The position numbers and the translations under genes were made by a program. From Octopus bimaculoides (taxonomy: Eukaryota): 53,260 nucleotides of DNA. The DNA is taken from positions 29,361,647-29,414,906 of the forward strand of contig NC_068989.1 in the NCBI RefSeq assembly GCF_001194135.2, given 5' to 3'. The notes under the pieces were generated by a model. That model was not told the origin of the DNA. It saw only the letters and a program-made list of their open reading frames with translations, and searched no databases. Within the stretch, counting starts at the first letter, position 1; each line of letters opens with the position of its first letter. This document shows, in pieces, positions 32,433-45,660 of the stretch.

Positions 32433-32967
32433 GGATCTTTTTTAAAACGGGGGCCACATTTTTCATTAATGTTTTACGTAGTGTTTTTGGTACCGAAAGA
32501 CTTTCAAACTTCGTATACTTATCTATTTTGTGTTATAGAACAGAAAAATATTTTTGTATTCGAATTTATTTCATGTAAAAAATTGTCTTATTTCGATAAT
32601 TTCAACCAATCACTGACAAGTATTCAGTTGTTTACATTTACTCCTTTGGCTGATTAAGCCATAACTTCGTTTTATTTGCTTTTTTCTTTTTAAATTTGCT
32701 GTTTTACCCTAACCCTATCACTGATAGAATTGTTTCAGAATCGTTTGTTTATGTAGTCGGCACTTAATGTATATCGGCTGAATGGACGTCAGTGATTGGT
32801 TGAAATTACAGAAATACGACAACTTTAACATGGAATAACTTAGGGATTTCTTTTTTTTTTAAGAAGACTAAGAGAAAAAGATGTTTTATATGACACATTC
32901 TACCAGTGTTCCAAGTTTCAAAGTGTTTCGTTAATGAAAAATGTGGCCCCCGTTTTAAAAAAGATCC
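32433..32967. mobile_element. MITE of the GGATCTTT family (535 bp)
   Basis: Perfect 37-bp TIR GGATCTTTTTTAAAACGGGGGCCACATTTTTCATTAA; internal aatttcaaccaatcactgac in both arms; accctaaccct at about 32706. Confidence 0.9.
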
Positions 32968-33063
32968 CATTTTTCTTCACATTGTTTTCTACTTCTACAA
33001 ATATAATCACTGTTTTCAACAAAGGTTTCTTTTTATTTATATATTTTTTGGTATCACTAATAG

Positions 33064-33475
33064 AGTTTAACAAACCAAGATATAGGCATGCCAACTGAGA
33101 GTTTATATTGTCTCAATGGTAAATACATTTAATTATCAATGGTTCAGTCTTCAAAGCCATAAAAAAGTTCTGTGAAGCAGTTTTGTTGCAAGCAGTGAGA
33201 ATGTTGTATAAGTATTTTCTTAGTTTTCACCACTGAATACAAACCTCTGACAAGCCTGAAAGAACAATATATTGCTAAAGATGGAGAAATGTAAAAATTA
33301 CATAAATATACAAGATAAACTGGAGATAAATAATGAGTACAAAATAATCTTTTAACACTTCTCTAATTAAATCTTGGCTTGTGTGAATACATTGTTCTAT
33401 AATTAAAGATATTTTAGGTACAGTGGTAAAGTACACAAACTAGTTGTCTTGGCAAAGTATAGCTCAAGAGTAAAG
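33064..33475 (+). CDS. Candidate chain of three small coding exons: 33064-33118, 33224-33290, 33418-33475
   Basis: AG/GT sites, phases 0>1>2>0 compatible, each exon open only in the required frame; joined peptide SLTNQDIGMPTESLYCLNVFTTEYKPLTSLKEQYIAKDGEMYSGKVHKLVVLAKYSSRVK, not recognised. Confidence 0.35.
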
Positions 33476-34010
33476 GTATAATTTCATGTTATCCTTTTTT
33501 ACTACTTGTTCATCTGTTACAGTTTTATCTACTTCATTCATTTGCCACCATATTTTCTATTGTCTGGCTAGAACAGAGCTCTAGCCAGAATTGATCAGTG
33601 ACTAGCAACAACTTAATCCTTACAAATACTCAGTTATTCTTCATAAGACATTGACTTTTCCCTTTGTCTCTCTATTAATTAAAAGTGATAAGTTGAACAT
33701 ATGAGAAAAGAGTACTCAGTATGTTTAGATTTTAGAGTTTACTGAAACTGAATGTTTGTTTTGCAACTGGGGTTTCACACCACTGAAATCTTCAGAGAAG
33801 ACTTGTTAGAATTTGGTTTAATTCTGTATATCTGTTGGTGTGAGTGTGGTCAGTCAGATACACCACTAAACTGAATTGTAATAAGTCTAACCAAGTCACT
33901 GGCAGGTTGATCAACATATACATTAGAAGCTAATGAATTTAGACTGAAAGCCTGGAACAGAGAAAGAATTACAACCAGAATGAGGAAAGTGAGAACTTCC
34001 AAATGGTGCT

Positions 34011-34318
34011 GTTGTTGTTTGTTCCTTCTTGAGCCATGCCTGGCTCATAAGGGCTGGTTTCTTGGTTTCATTGGTATATAGATTCTCCACCTGAATTGGA
34101 TGCTGGTCCGTTGCAGGTGAGCTGCTAGATACAGGAGGAAAGAGTAAGAGAAAGTTGTGGCAAAAGAGTCAGCAGAAGTTTGCCATTACCTTCTGCCAGA
34201 GCCACATGGAGCTTAGGTGTTTCATTCATAAACACACACATCGTCTGGTCTGAGATGCAAACCCATGATCCCTTCACTGCTAGTCGACTGCTCTAACCAC
34301 TAGGCCATGTGCCTTCAC
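34011..34318 (-). mobile_element. tRNA-derived SINE family C with (AAC)n tail
   Basis: Head gaaggcacatggcctagtggttagagcagtcgac; 13-bp TSD TCCAAATGGTGCT at 33998-34010 and 34319-34331. Confidence 0.85.
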
Positions 34319-34577
34319 TCCAAATGGTGCTAACATATATTAAATTAATAGAGAGTAAAGACAATAGACAACTTCTGATGAAGGATAGCTGAGTATTTGT
34401 AAGAATTAAGCTAATACTAGCCACTGATCATTTTACATCTCTCCTATGTATGTGATATAACAATTTCACTCAAAAACCTAAGCAATCTATCCAATCTTCT
34501 CACCCATTCATTCATAATCTTCTGTGGCCATCAGTAGTTTTTTCCCCGTTAGAATGTATGAATTTTCTCAATATATA

Positions 34578-34806
34578 TGCACGAACTGAACGCCTAAAAA
34601 GCACTTGTGCTGGTACCACATAACCATGCCTGTGCGGTGCCTTGTAAAAGCATCCAGCACACTCCATAAAGTGGTTGGCATTAGGAAGGGTATCCAGCCA
34701 TAGAAGTCATGCCAAATCAGGCTGAAGCCTGGTACAGCTCTGCAGCTTGCTAATTCTGGTCAAACCATCCAACCCATGGACAATGGACATTAAATGATGA
34801 TGATGA
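34578..34806 (+). mobile_element. Old RTE-B 3' terminal fragment
   Basis: gtaaaagcatccagcacactcc...gtggttggcattaggaaggg...aacccatgg...ttaaat(gat)n. Confidence 0.7.
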
Positions 34807-35329
34807 ATGTATGTAGTTAAGTATAATAGTGTCTTAAGTATGGAATCTCAAGTATTATTTATTGTCCAAAGCAAGCCTTTCTTTCCCTTTATACACTGCC
34901 ATTACTATCTTTCATTCCTCTAACTTTCTTCCCATTGTAAAAATCCTACATATGGACATTTGTTCATTTGTTTACTAGTTGTAACATACAAAATATCAAT
35001 GAATCCAAAGCTAAGTTGTTGACCACTTCTCTCTCTCTCTCTCACTCCCCTCAATATGTAATATAGCAATTTTCCACAAAAATCCATGCAATTCATGCAT
35101 TTTTTCAGGAATTTCATGACTTCTGTCACCACATTTTCTATTGTTTTTTTTTAAAACACAGGAACAAATAGAACCAGATAAACAATAAGAAATGGATGGA
35201 AAATTGGATGAATGAGAAGGATTGTTGTCGTTTTCAATTCATCATATGTTTACTGTTAAAAACTTGGATCAGGCTTGACAGAACATCAGGAGTCCTAAAA
35301 AGTTGTTTTCATACACTGATTCTGTAGTT

Positions 35330-37725
35330 ATCATCATCATAATCATCATTTAACATCCATTGTCCATGGGTTGGACAGTTTGACTGGGCTGGCACGCTGG
35401 AAGGCAGTTCCAGGCTCCAGTCTGATTTGGTATGGTTTTCTTTGGCTGGACGCCCTTCCTAACACCAAGCACTCTGAGTGTAATGGGTGCTTTTATGTGT
35501 CACTGGCACAGGTGCCATTTGCATGACACTGGTATCTTCCACGACTGATTTTGCTTGACTTGATGGGTCTTCTTCTCAAGCACGACATAATGCCAAAGAT
35601 CTTGGTCATTGCTCTGTGAGGTCCAACACTCAAAAGGAACTCAGCCACCTTGCCTCCATGAAGCCCAACATTTGAAAGGAGCTCAGCCATTTTGTCTCTG
35701 TCAGGCCCAACGCTCGAAAGGAACTCAGCCACTATGCCTCCATGACGTCTAACAAAGTCACCTACTTTGCCTCTGTGAGGCCCAACGTTCAAAGTTTGAT
35801 TTTTTATGTGCCACCAGCACGGGTGCACTTGGCTTGTTGGGTCCTCTTAAGCAGAGCACATCGCCAAAGGTCTCGGTCACAAGCCATTGCCTCTCTGAGG
35901 TTCAAAGTTCAAAGATCATGCTTCACCACCTTGTCCCATGTCTTCCTGGATCTACCTCTACCACAGGTTCCCTCCACAGTTAGAGATCGGCACTTCTTTA
36001 CACAGCTATCCTTGTCCATACGCATCATGACCATACCAGTGCAGGCATGTCTCTTGCACACCACATCTGATTCTTCTTATGCCTAACTTTTCTCTCAAGA
36101 TGCTTACACTCTGTCAAATATGCACATCCAGCGAAGCATACTGGCTTCATTTCTCTCAAGCCTATGCATATCCTCGGCTATTATAGCCCATGTTTCACTG
36201 CCATGCAGCATAGCTGTTCGTACTCAGGCATCAAACAATCTACCTTTCACTCTGAGAGAGAGGCCTTTTGTTGGCAGTAGGAGTAGGAGCTCTCTGAACT
36301 TTGCCCAACCTAATCTTATTCTCACAGCTATGCTCTTGGAACATCCACCTCCACTACTAACCTGGTCACCTAGATACTGGAAGCTATCTACTATTGCTAG
36401 TTTGCCTCCCCCCGCCCCCGGCAGTTGATGGAGTCTATTTTCTGCACATGTTCAGCATTTATTATGCCAGTGCACCTTCCACAAACAAAAGTTAGTTTCT
36501 CTGTTAACCTTCCTTTGATGTTGCTGCACCTTTTGTGTGTCCAAAGCTTAGACTGGGTGTATCTTATGGAGTTTCTACCTACACCTTTTCTACAGATTGA
36601 ACAGGGCCATCTACCTGAGAGAATTTGTGATTTGTCTGCCTTCCTTCTTACCATGACTTGGGTTTTTGCTAGGTTAATTCTAGACCTTGTTTCCATACCT
36701 GGAACTTCTTCTCTAGCTCAGGTGGTGATTCAGCTATAAGAGCAAGGTCATCAGCAAAGAGAATCTCCCAGGGGCAGCCTGCTTTGAATTCCTCTGTTAT
36801 TGCCTGGAGGACTATGATGAACAAGAGTGGGGGGGGGCAACACCGATCCTTGGTGAACCTCTACTTGTACCTTGAATTCTTCACTGTACTCATTGCCCAC
36901 CCTCACCTTACTGGTAGCGTCCCTGTACAAGGCTTTTACAGCTCTCACCAACCACTTGTCTATCCCTAGTTTCTGCATTGATCGGGGGGACTCTGTCAAA
37001 AGCTTTCTCGAAGTCAACAAAAGCTAAGTACAGAGGTTTATCTTTGGCCAGGTATTTCTCCTGCAGTTGCTTTACCAGAAATATAGCATCAGTGGTGCTT
37101 CTACCTGGCACAAAGCCAAACTAGACTAACTCTCTCCCTGATTAGATAAACTATGACTCTCTCCGCAACTTTCATCACCTGATCTAACAACTTGATACCT
37201 CTGTAATTATTTGTGTCTAAAGCGTCACCTTTACCTTTGTAACAGTTGACTATGGTGCTGCTACACCAGTCATTGGGTATGACTCCTTCATATATCACCT
37301 GGTTAACAATACGGGTGACTAGACCATAACCCACACCACTGGATATTTTAAGCATCTCAGCAGTGATTCCTGACAGGCCGGAGGAGCTTTCCCTGCATTC
37401 ATATCCTTAATTGCTTTATCTACCAGGGTACTGTCAATTTGGGTAACTGGTCCCTCGGTTGGGTCAACATTTGGCAGACTCTCCTCCTCCCATTCATTCT
37501 CCATGTTCAGCAGTCTTTCATAATGGCATCCCCAAGCCTCTTTCTTTGCAGACTCATTGACAGCAAGAGTACCATCATCCATGTGGACACATTTCTCTCC
37601 TATGACATCACAATTTTCTCTCACACACTGTCTTGCAATCCGAAATACTTCAGTTCATTGGTCCTCATGGAGATGAACATAGGCAAATGTCTTTTCTATT
37701 TCTCCCTTGGCTAGATAAACACTGA
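35330..37725 (-). mobile_element. Older, degraded RTE-B-related LINE (RT through 3' UTR)
   Basis: WCSSTIVNCYKGKGDALDTNNYRGIKLLDQVMKV, PGRSTTDAIFLVKQLQEKY, AFVDFEKAFDRVP, VHQGSVL, PHD-like WPCSICRKGVGRNSI; (GAT)n tail at about 35335. Confidence 0.9.
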
Positions 37726-37789
37726 ACTGCAAAAGAAACGCGAGGCATGTGTGACTGTGAAATATATTCTAATTTCATTATGTCAGAGA

Positions 37790-38790
37790 TAAATTCTGAT
37801 AAACCTAATAAAGTCAATTTCTTGGATGCATTTTGACCACAGTCTATGGATTGTTGTCATGTGTTCTGGTAATGGGCAGATCCACCACATCAAGATTGTA
37901 GGGTGTGACATGTTCAATATTGTGTATGCCCTGGGTGTTCAAAATGGCCATACACCATTGGTACATGTAGTGCATGAGGTGGTTCATAAAAGCCATTGGT
38001 ACCTGTGCTCATACCCTGAGGAAAGCTGCCTCCAGTTCCACATGAGTTGTTGGCTTTGGGACCACCTGGTCCAGCCGTCTCTGCCTGCACCAACATTTTG
38101 GAACATATAGGGCCCAATTCTCTGATTCAGGCCTATAGCACCCCAAACTAGGATGCTTTGGCCACCCCACACATCCCTCTCCACAACAGAAGTCTCTGTA
38201 GCATTCACCCCTCCTACGCCACTCTGTCACTCTACCGAGGTGGAAACACAGTACTGGCTCTTATCAGAAAAGACTATTGACCTCCATTGTTGATGCCGCC
38301 AACGTCGGTGCTGTGTAGCCCTCTGTAGTTGTGCCTGACAGCGGTGGGGACAGGCTCTCAAGCAGGAAGACTGTTGGCAGCCAGTCGATGTTGTACCACT
38401 TCATTGCTGTCCAGTGCCAATGGTCTTGCGAGCTGGTCTGAAGCAATCACGGAGGTGTTGTAGGTGGATGAGGCAGTCCTACCTGGGCATGGTCTGCAAC
38501 GCTGTTGTTGTATCGATGTTACAGGTGATAGATGGTGCTGACATGGACATTGTAAGCTTTTGCAACAACCATGGCACACTGCCCTGCTAGAAATCAGCTG
38601 ATAGCTTGTTCTTTTGCACTGCTGATAGTCGGGTCATACCTGATGTGTCCAAATTATGAATGCCAGGAATGCAGTTCAAGTTGATTTTTATACCCATAAT
38701 CTCCATGAGATGCACATGCATTTTGGTTTTCATGACAATTGTTTGTGACTGTTACTGTTACCTTCCCAGAAGTTTTTATACCTATATGTG
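37790..38790 (-). mobile_element. Tc1-like transposase remnant
   Basis: VVERDVWGGQSILVWGAIG (cf. ERDRFGGGSVMVWGGI) and RPCPGR (cf. RPRSGRP) motifs across broken frames; TIRs not resolved. Confidence 0.65.
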
Positions 38791-38914
38791 AATATGAAAG
38801 AGATAGAAAGAATGTGCCATAGTTTAGCCCTTAAACTAGTCAGAGTTAGGTTGTTTGTGTTGTAGATTCTTCATACTTGAAAAGTCTGGCTGTCAAACAT
38901 CAGCTGATGATGAA

Positions 38915-39118
38915 TATTGGTTTCAAATTTTGGCACAAGACCAGCAATTTCAGGAGAAGAGATAAGACAATTACATCAACCCAGTACTTATCTGGTATTT
39001 ATTTTATCAACCTTGGAAGGATGAAAGGCAAAGTCAACCTCAGCAAAATGTTAAGATGGATGAAATGTCATTTAGCATTTTGCCCAGAATGTTAACAGTT
39101 CTGCCAGCCCACTGCCTT
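38915..39118 (-). mobile_element. SINE family B
   Basis: ggatgaaaggcaaagtcaacctcagc...ctgccagcccactgcctt homologous to 31705-31926. Confidence 0.8.
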
Positions 39119-39337
39119 ACTGATGCTGAATATTGCCTGATTTGAATACATGACTGCATTCATCCTGTTTTCCTGCCTACTCTGCTCTCAGACTAGGTGT
39201 GTTCTTCTTGACTGATTTGCAATCAAACTTTGATTTGTTAAATTTAATGACATCATCAAGTGCATTCATGAAATTTATTGGTCAGCTGTTTGCCGATATC
39301 AGTCAGTGAATCTGATGTGTAGTTGTTGAGGTGCCTA

Positions 39338-40517
39338 TGACAGCTGGTTGAAAAATTCATAGGCTGACCAAGTTACTCTCATGGAATGTAACCAAATTAG
39401 GTATATTTTTCAATATAGCCTCCCTTGCAGTCCACTCACTTCTTCCATTGGTATAACAGTGCTTGGATCCCGTTGGTGAAGAAACTTTCATCCTTGGTCA
39501 AGAAGTCATTGTCACTATGACAATGGTTCCTAGCCAAGTGTTATTTCATGTTAGGGAACAGATAATGGTCAGATGGAGCCAAATCAGGAGAATATGGAGG
39601 GTGATCAACCAGTTCAAAGCCACATTCACACACAACAGCCATTGGAAGCAAGGACATGTGCTGGAGCATTGTCCTGATGAAACAAGATCCCTTTTGTCAT
39701 TTCCCTGTCTGTTTGGTCTTGATAGTCTTTTGTAACTGCATCAGAAGTTGGCATAATACTCTCCATTGTGGCCCTTTTGAAGATAGTAAAAAAACACAAT
39801 GCCTTTTGCATACCAAAAAACTGAGGCTATCACCTTCCCTACAGATGAACAGACCTTGGCCTTCTTTGGAACAGGAGAGGTGTTTCCACTGTATGGATCG
39901 CTTCTTTCACTCTGGCTCAAAGTGATGAACCCAACATCCTAGGTAAGGAAACATTCAAGGAAACCAGCTGGATCTGCCTCAAACAATGGCAGATTTTCCC
40001 GTGATGTGATCAACCTGGTGTACTGTTGATCAGGTGTCAGAAGACATGGCACCCACCAAGCAGAAACCTTCATCATGCCAAATTCATTGTGCAGAATATT
40101 CTCACCTCTCTCAAGACATGTTAATAGCATTGGCTATTAACAGTATTGTCAATCACTTGTCATCCATCACCATGTGGTGAAAGGATTTCTAGACTCTTCC
40201 TTCCCCTCCTAAATTCAGCTGTCCACTGTTGCTGGAGCATCATCCCCTAATGTAGCAACCATGTCAGCATAAATGTTGTTGGGAGTTAAACCGTTTTTCT
40301 GCAGGTACTTAACACCACAATGCCAAATTTTGTCCATTTTCAAAAGAAGTCGTTACTAGTTACTTTTGAAGTCTTCTTTGAACAGTCAGATGTCAGTTTA
40401 CCAGGGAAGAAACAATGTAGTTATTGATAAAAAGGGTTGAAATTAATGCATGCATGATTTCATAGTTGTAGCATCACTCCTTCCTAGTCAGCCTATGAAT
40501 TTTTCCGCCCACCCTCA
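39338..40517 (-). mobile_element. Near full-length degraded mariner (DD34D) element
   Basis: TIR core GAAAAATTCATAGGCTGAC at both ends with TA flanks; WVPCLLT, FLT*D-ECWVHHFEPE, FHQDNAPAH, DHPPYSPDLAPSD motifs. Confidence 0.9.
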
Positions 40518-40577
40518 TATTTCTGATATCATGAAGTCTCAACTGAAATATCCAGTTTATTTTTCAAACTTGGACAG

Positions 40578-40792
40578 AGCCCTACTAATTTTCTTCCGTA
40601 TGTTCTATATCACATCTTTACTAATATTCTGGATACAGAAAGTGACCAATGGGTAAATCTATGGTCACTCGTTCTAGTTGACCAACAAGACAACAGAAAG
40701 ATGGCTGCAGCTTATTGGGCACTGTCTGAGATACTCAGAGTTAATCACCAGCCTAATTTTCATTTTGTAACTGAGTTATTGGAGTATGAATT
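40578..40792 (+). CDS. Candidate internal coding exon of an unidentified plus-strand gene (SPTNFLPYVLYHIFTNILDTESDQWVNLWSLVLVDQQDNRKMAAAYWALSEILRVNHQPNFHFVTELLEYE)
   Basis: 215 nt open in AT-rich DNA, acceptor ttttttcaaacttggacag, consensus donor GTGAGT at 40793-40798; all three minus-strand frames contain stops. Confidence 0.55.
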
Positions 40793-41837
40793 GTGAGTGT
40801 CCTACATCTGTGTAACTGTGGACAAACTGAAGATACTGATAAAAGAACAAGATAAAAGACACATCTGTGATCATGCCTGACACAACCTGTAGTCGAAAGA
40901 TGATGATGATGAAGATTCTATAATCATGTGTCTATATATTTCCACTCTAAGTACCTTTAAGTATTCAGACTATTAAATAAGTTAGTCTTCAGGCATAATC
41001 ATATGATCTCACAAGAAAAAAAATCAAACTAGGTAATATTCAATTTAATCGCCCATCATCTGAAGTATGATTGGATAAAGTAAAACTGTTTTTGTAGTCA
41101 CCTCTGGGTCATCTTTTTTTACCTCCTCATTTCTACACACCCACAATCTAGTTTGACTCCCAGTTTCACTGCTTCGATAACAATCAACTATAATTTATAA
41201 TTAATAGCCAAATAACAATCGTTGAGAAATGTGTCAGTTGTAGAGTGGTTGTAAAGCAGACGATCAGGTTAGCTGCACTAAGTAAAAAGGAGATGGACTT
41301 TCCCTTCTGTCTGGTTACTGATGCACTCTTAGATCTGATGCTGTTTATTTCTGACATCTAAATGAACTTGACATATAGATAAAAAATCTGTCAAAATACC
41401 TAGTGAATATCAACTCAAAACACTTGAATTGCAAGTAACAGATAATGATATCAAGTTTAGTGGGGAATACTATGACCTCTGTTTTCATTCATGAACAAAA
41501 CGAATCCCATCTATGTAATTTCAAAAAAGCAAAAAATAATAAACAGTTGTAGATAAGTAGTAAAGCTTTACATTGAAGAATAGAGAGAAAAAGAATGGAA
41601 ACAGCTATGATGTTCTTAAACTAACTTGAATATCTTCCAGTTTTCCATTCTAAAACCATGCCAGCAGTTAATGTAACAAACTAAACCATTTCTTGAAACA
41701 TATATTTTCTTAATACTTTGGAATAATGATTGTATTTAATCTTTAATGGCAAGTCTTTAGTATCAATATTTCTTTTATTTATCCCTGTGGCTAAGTACAT
41801 AAAAAAAGTTATGATTTTAATAAACCTTCAACAAATA

Positions 41838-42008
41838 GGTGCAGGAGTGGCTGTATGGTAAGTAGCTTGCTTACCAACCACATGGTTCCGGGTTCAATCC
41901 CACTGTGTGGCACCTTGGGCAAGTGTCTTCTGCTATAGCCTCGGGCCGACCAAAGACTTGTGAGTGGATTTGGTAGATGGAAACTGAAAGAAGCCTGTCG
42001 TATATATG

Positions 42009-42051
<43 letters not shown>

Positions 42052-42274
42052 CTGTGTTTGTCCCCCCCCCAGCATCGCTTGACAACCGATGCTGGTGTGT
42101 TTATGTCCCCGTAACTTAGCGGTTCGGCAAAAGAGACCGATAGAAAAAGTACTAGGCTTACAAAGAATAAGTCCTGGGGTCGATTTGCTCGACTAAAAGG
42201 CGGTGCTCCAGCATGGCCGCAGTCAAATGACTGAAAGAAGTAAAAGAGTAAATGAGTAAAGAGAGTAAATGAGC
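41838..42274 (+). mobile_element. Full-length SINE family A
   Basis: A-box tggctgtatgg, B-box ggttcaatcc, caccttgggcaagtgtc core, internal (TA)n(TG)n, (GAGTAAA)n tail. Confidence 0.95.
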
Positions 42275-42576
42275 TATGAGAAGCCAAAATTGATGTCATA
42301 AAGCTGCAAGTTCAGTTATCTACTGACATTGTCATTTTCATCAATAAAAATTGTGCAGCCTAAAATCCTTGGTAAAGTAAATTTTGATAGTCTCACTTTA
42401 TTTAGTTCACTGCTTTCCTGTGGCAAATAAGAAAATGATCATTATGGTAAGTTGTGTAGTGCTTTTGTTTGTAAGTCTGAAGGCAAGGAGAAACATTCAA
42501 AGCCTTTTACAAAGATCAATATAAATATAACTGTTTCCAGCTGGTTTTATATTCAGTTTGAATATTTTCCATTTAA

Positions 42577-42793
42577 CCCTTTAGCATTTAAACCAGCCAT
42601 ATCAGGCTCACATATTCCTCTGTATTTTATGTTCAACTGGCCAGATCCAGCCTCTCATGTACTCTACGATGTCATTCTAAAAAGAAACAATAACATCATT
42701 GAAATTTAAAAGCTACGAGACAAATACATGATTAATTCAAAATTATGTGAATAAATAAATATTATGTTTATCATATGTCCAAATGCAAAAGGG
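42577..42793 (+). mobile_element. piggyBac-type MITE (217 bp)
   Basis: TTAA|CCCTTTAGCATTT ... AAATGCAAAAGGG|TTAA. Confidence 0.85.
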
Positions 42794-45220
42794 TTAATAG
42801 TTGGAGTGATACTATGATGGCCAATAGTGTTGACATTTTAAATTTGTCTACACATATATAAAAGATACCACATTTGGTCCCAAGACTAGTTCCAAAACAT
42901 TACCTGAAGATTATTGGAAAGAATATTTGTAGAAGGATGTCAACACCAGTAGAAATAACTCATCTCAGAAAAATTCAGACAGGTAAACTTTTCATATTTT
43001 CTTTTTCCTTTGACTACAAAGGAAATATATGAGTTTCATAGAACAAAATGCTGCAGCTTGTGCATGCTTTGTACACAATAATGAGGTAAGCAATATAGTT
43101 GCCAGTGGATGAGATCAAATTGAAGAAGTGAAAAAAAAAAAAAGGAAAAAGAAAAATCAACAGGACAGAAAAAAAAATCATTATTAGCAGGATTTGAACT
43201 CAGGAAGTACAGACATAGCACACTGTCCAAAATAATAAAATTTATTTAGAGCTCATATATATTTACAATAATTTACTCATAAATTATTTCAAATATGTAC
43301 AAGATTTTGTAAGCTGTCACTGGGAACTTTGTACCAACAACATGCAGCTAAGAATATTAGACAATAATACATTGCCCAGAAAATGAATAGCTAATGAGAG
43401 ATGGAGTGAACATTTTTTGGATTACACTATCATAAACCATTGACTGTAAAGGTAATATATTTCTGATTCTTTGTTAATGAACATATATAACATCAGCGAA
43501 TTAATAAAAACAGTTATGCAGCACTCTAGAATGTTTTGCAACATTCACTTCCATCTTTCTCAAGTCAATGAGTTCATCTGTTTTATAGCCAGATGCCATT
43601 CCTGTTTTTCAAATAAAGAATCTATTTGACACATCTATGAAAGTGCAAAGTAAGCATATTTGTTGATAGATGTGACAACATTGCCCGTAGTGACATTCAT
43701 AGATCATGCAAATGTACACAAACACATAGCTATACACACACACATATATATACATACAAGACAAATTTCTTTCAGTTCTACCAAATCCATGCACAGGGTT
43801 TTGGTAGGCCTGGAGCACAAAGTGCCATGTAGTGAAATGAAAAGTAAAATTCATAGGAAAAAGAAAATATGAAAAGACATGGTTGAAAAGCAAACTTCAT
43901 AACCACACAGCCATACAAGAGCCTGAGCTAATAATAAACCAGTTCAAAACATTATATTTCATCTCCTTCCATCATTGGTTGCATGCTTAATCTAAAGAAA
44001 ACACTAATTTTATATGTCAATGATGAAAAAGCAAATGGGCTTATTTTAAATTTATTCAACACTTCAACTAAGAAAAAAATAGGTGGGAACATCATAAAAA
44101 CTCAAGAGAAAATAAAAAATTAATTTTAATGATAGTTGCCACAAAGGTTAACTTAATTAACTAATTATTCAGCCCATCTCAAATTGTGTTTGAATGTCAT
44201 TTTATACAATTCTTTTCTTTCTTGTTTGTTTAGCAAGAGTTTTGAACTAAAATGATGTATCATTATAGATGTGTTTTGAAAAAGTTATTTTTACCAATAC
44301 ATGCATAAGCTACGGTCTCACTTGTCTAATTTATTTTTATAGATTAAGCTAGGATTAACAGAAGAGTAAGTTTTATGAGAAGTGAGCAGAAATCTTGAAG
44401 ATATGTTTGAAGGATTGGTGCATTAACGCTGTATAATTGTTTGAATATGCAAATTGCAAATATCAAATATGAAACTCATTGATCTTCTGGATGATTTGTT
44501 AATCGCTTATCATTGGCTGATCTATATATAATTTATTTGACTGATAATATCCTTTATTAACAATTCAAAATTAAAGATTTTGCCATCAGAGTGATTATGA
44601 TTGCAAAGATAACAAAAGGATGGTCTTTTTTTACTGTTTATTCAAAGAAAGTATCCGGTAATTTGTCTCTTTATATCTCATTTACACCTAATACGAAAAA
44701 GTTTTGTTAACATTTCAAATTGTATATCAGTCCATCTTTTGTTTCTTTTATACTCATCTGTGATTAGCCAGATCAATACAGATACACTTTTCATATTTAT
44801 CACAATTCTGTAAATCTATTTTCATTGGTTTTAATCATGCCACCTTCCAACTCCTGATTATCAGGACAATGTATTATTCTTTTACACTCTATTATGTGTA
44901 TGTGTGTGTTAAATGCAGTTCCTGTCACAAGGATATGCACATGTTACTATGTATCTTCAACTACTTCTGATAAACTATTTGGAGAAAATTTCTTTCCAGC
45001 TAAATATTCCCTCTAGAAAAGAAATTAGAGTTGATAAGAATCATTTGCTTTATCTAATTTGGCAATTCTTATCCTTCTAATTTTGCTTTTCATTGCTTCT
45101 GGGTTCCTAAAATAAGTATCACATACACCAAGTTTAATTTAACTGACTATAGAACTTCTTACAAAAAGCTAGTATGCTCTGTAAAAGGAATATTAATAAT
45201 AAAATAAATATGAGCTAATA

Positions 45221-45305
45221 CACACACTAAAACTGGAATGATACAGACAAGATTAGCATGGCCTCTGCACAAGGATGACAAGTAAATTCATGTGATCCAT
45301 GTTTT
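45221..45305 (+). pseudogene. U6: U6 snRNA pseudogene, 5' stem-loop missing
   Basis: cacacactaaaactggaatgatacagacaagattagcatggcctctgcacaaggatgacaagtaaattc...ccatgtttt aligns to U6 from about nt 18 to the oligo-U end; ACAGAGA box mutated to ACAGACA. Confidence 0.9.
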
Positions 45306-45308
45306 ACA

Positions 45309-45660
45309 GGTGCAGGCATGGTTGTGTGGTTAAGTTTGCTTCCCAACCACATGGTTCCAGGTTCAGTTCCACAACATAAAGCCTTGAGTGGACTTGAGAA
45401 AAACTGAAAGAATCCGTGTGAGTGTATATACATACATACACACACATTTACGTATGTCTGTGTTTGTATGTCCACTGCTACCACTTGATAACCAGTGTTG
45501 GTTTGTTTACTTCCCTGTAACTTAGCAGTTCAGCAAAAGAGATCTATAGAATGAGTAATGAGCTCAAAAAATAAGTACTGGAGTCAATTTATTCAACTAA
45601 ACCCTTCAATGCAGTGCCTCAGCATGGCCACAGTCCAATAACTGAAACAAGTAAAAGATA
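45309..45660 (+). mobile_element. SINE family A, diverged
   Basis: ggtgcaggcatggttgtgtggttaag head, tail cagcatggccacagtccaataactgaaacaagtaaaag. Confidence 0.85.

Noticed and set aside
33564-33588. Hairpin ctggctaga-acagagc-tctagccag
   Set aside because: A 9-bp stem is expected by chance in 53 kb and has no other support
45221-45305. Functional U6 gene
   Set aside because: 5' stem-loop absent, ACAGAGA box mutated, several substitutions in the conserved core
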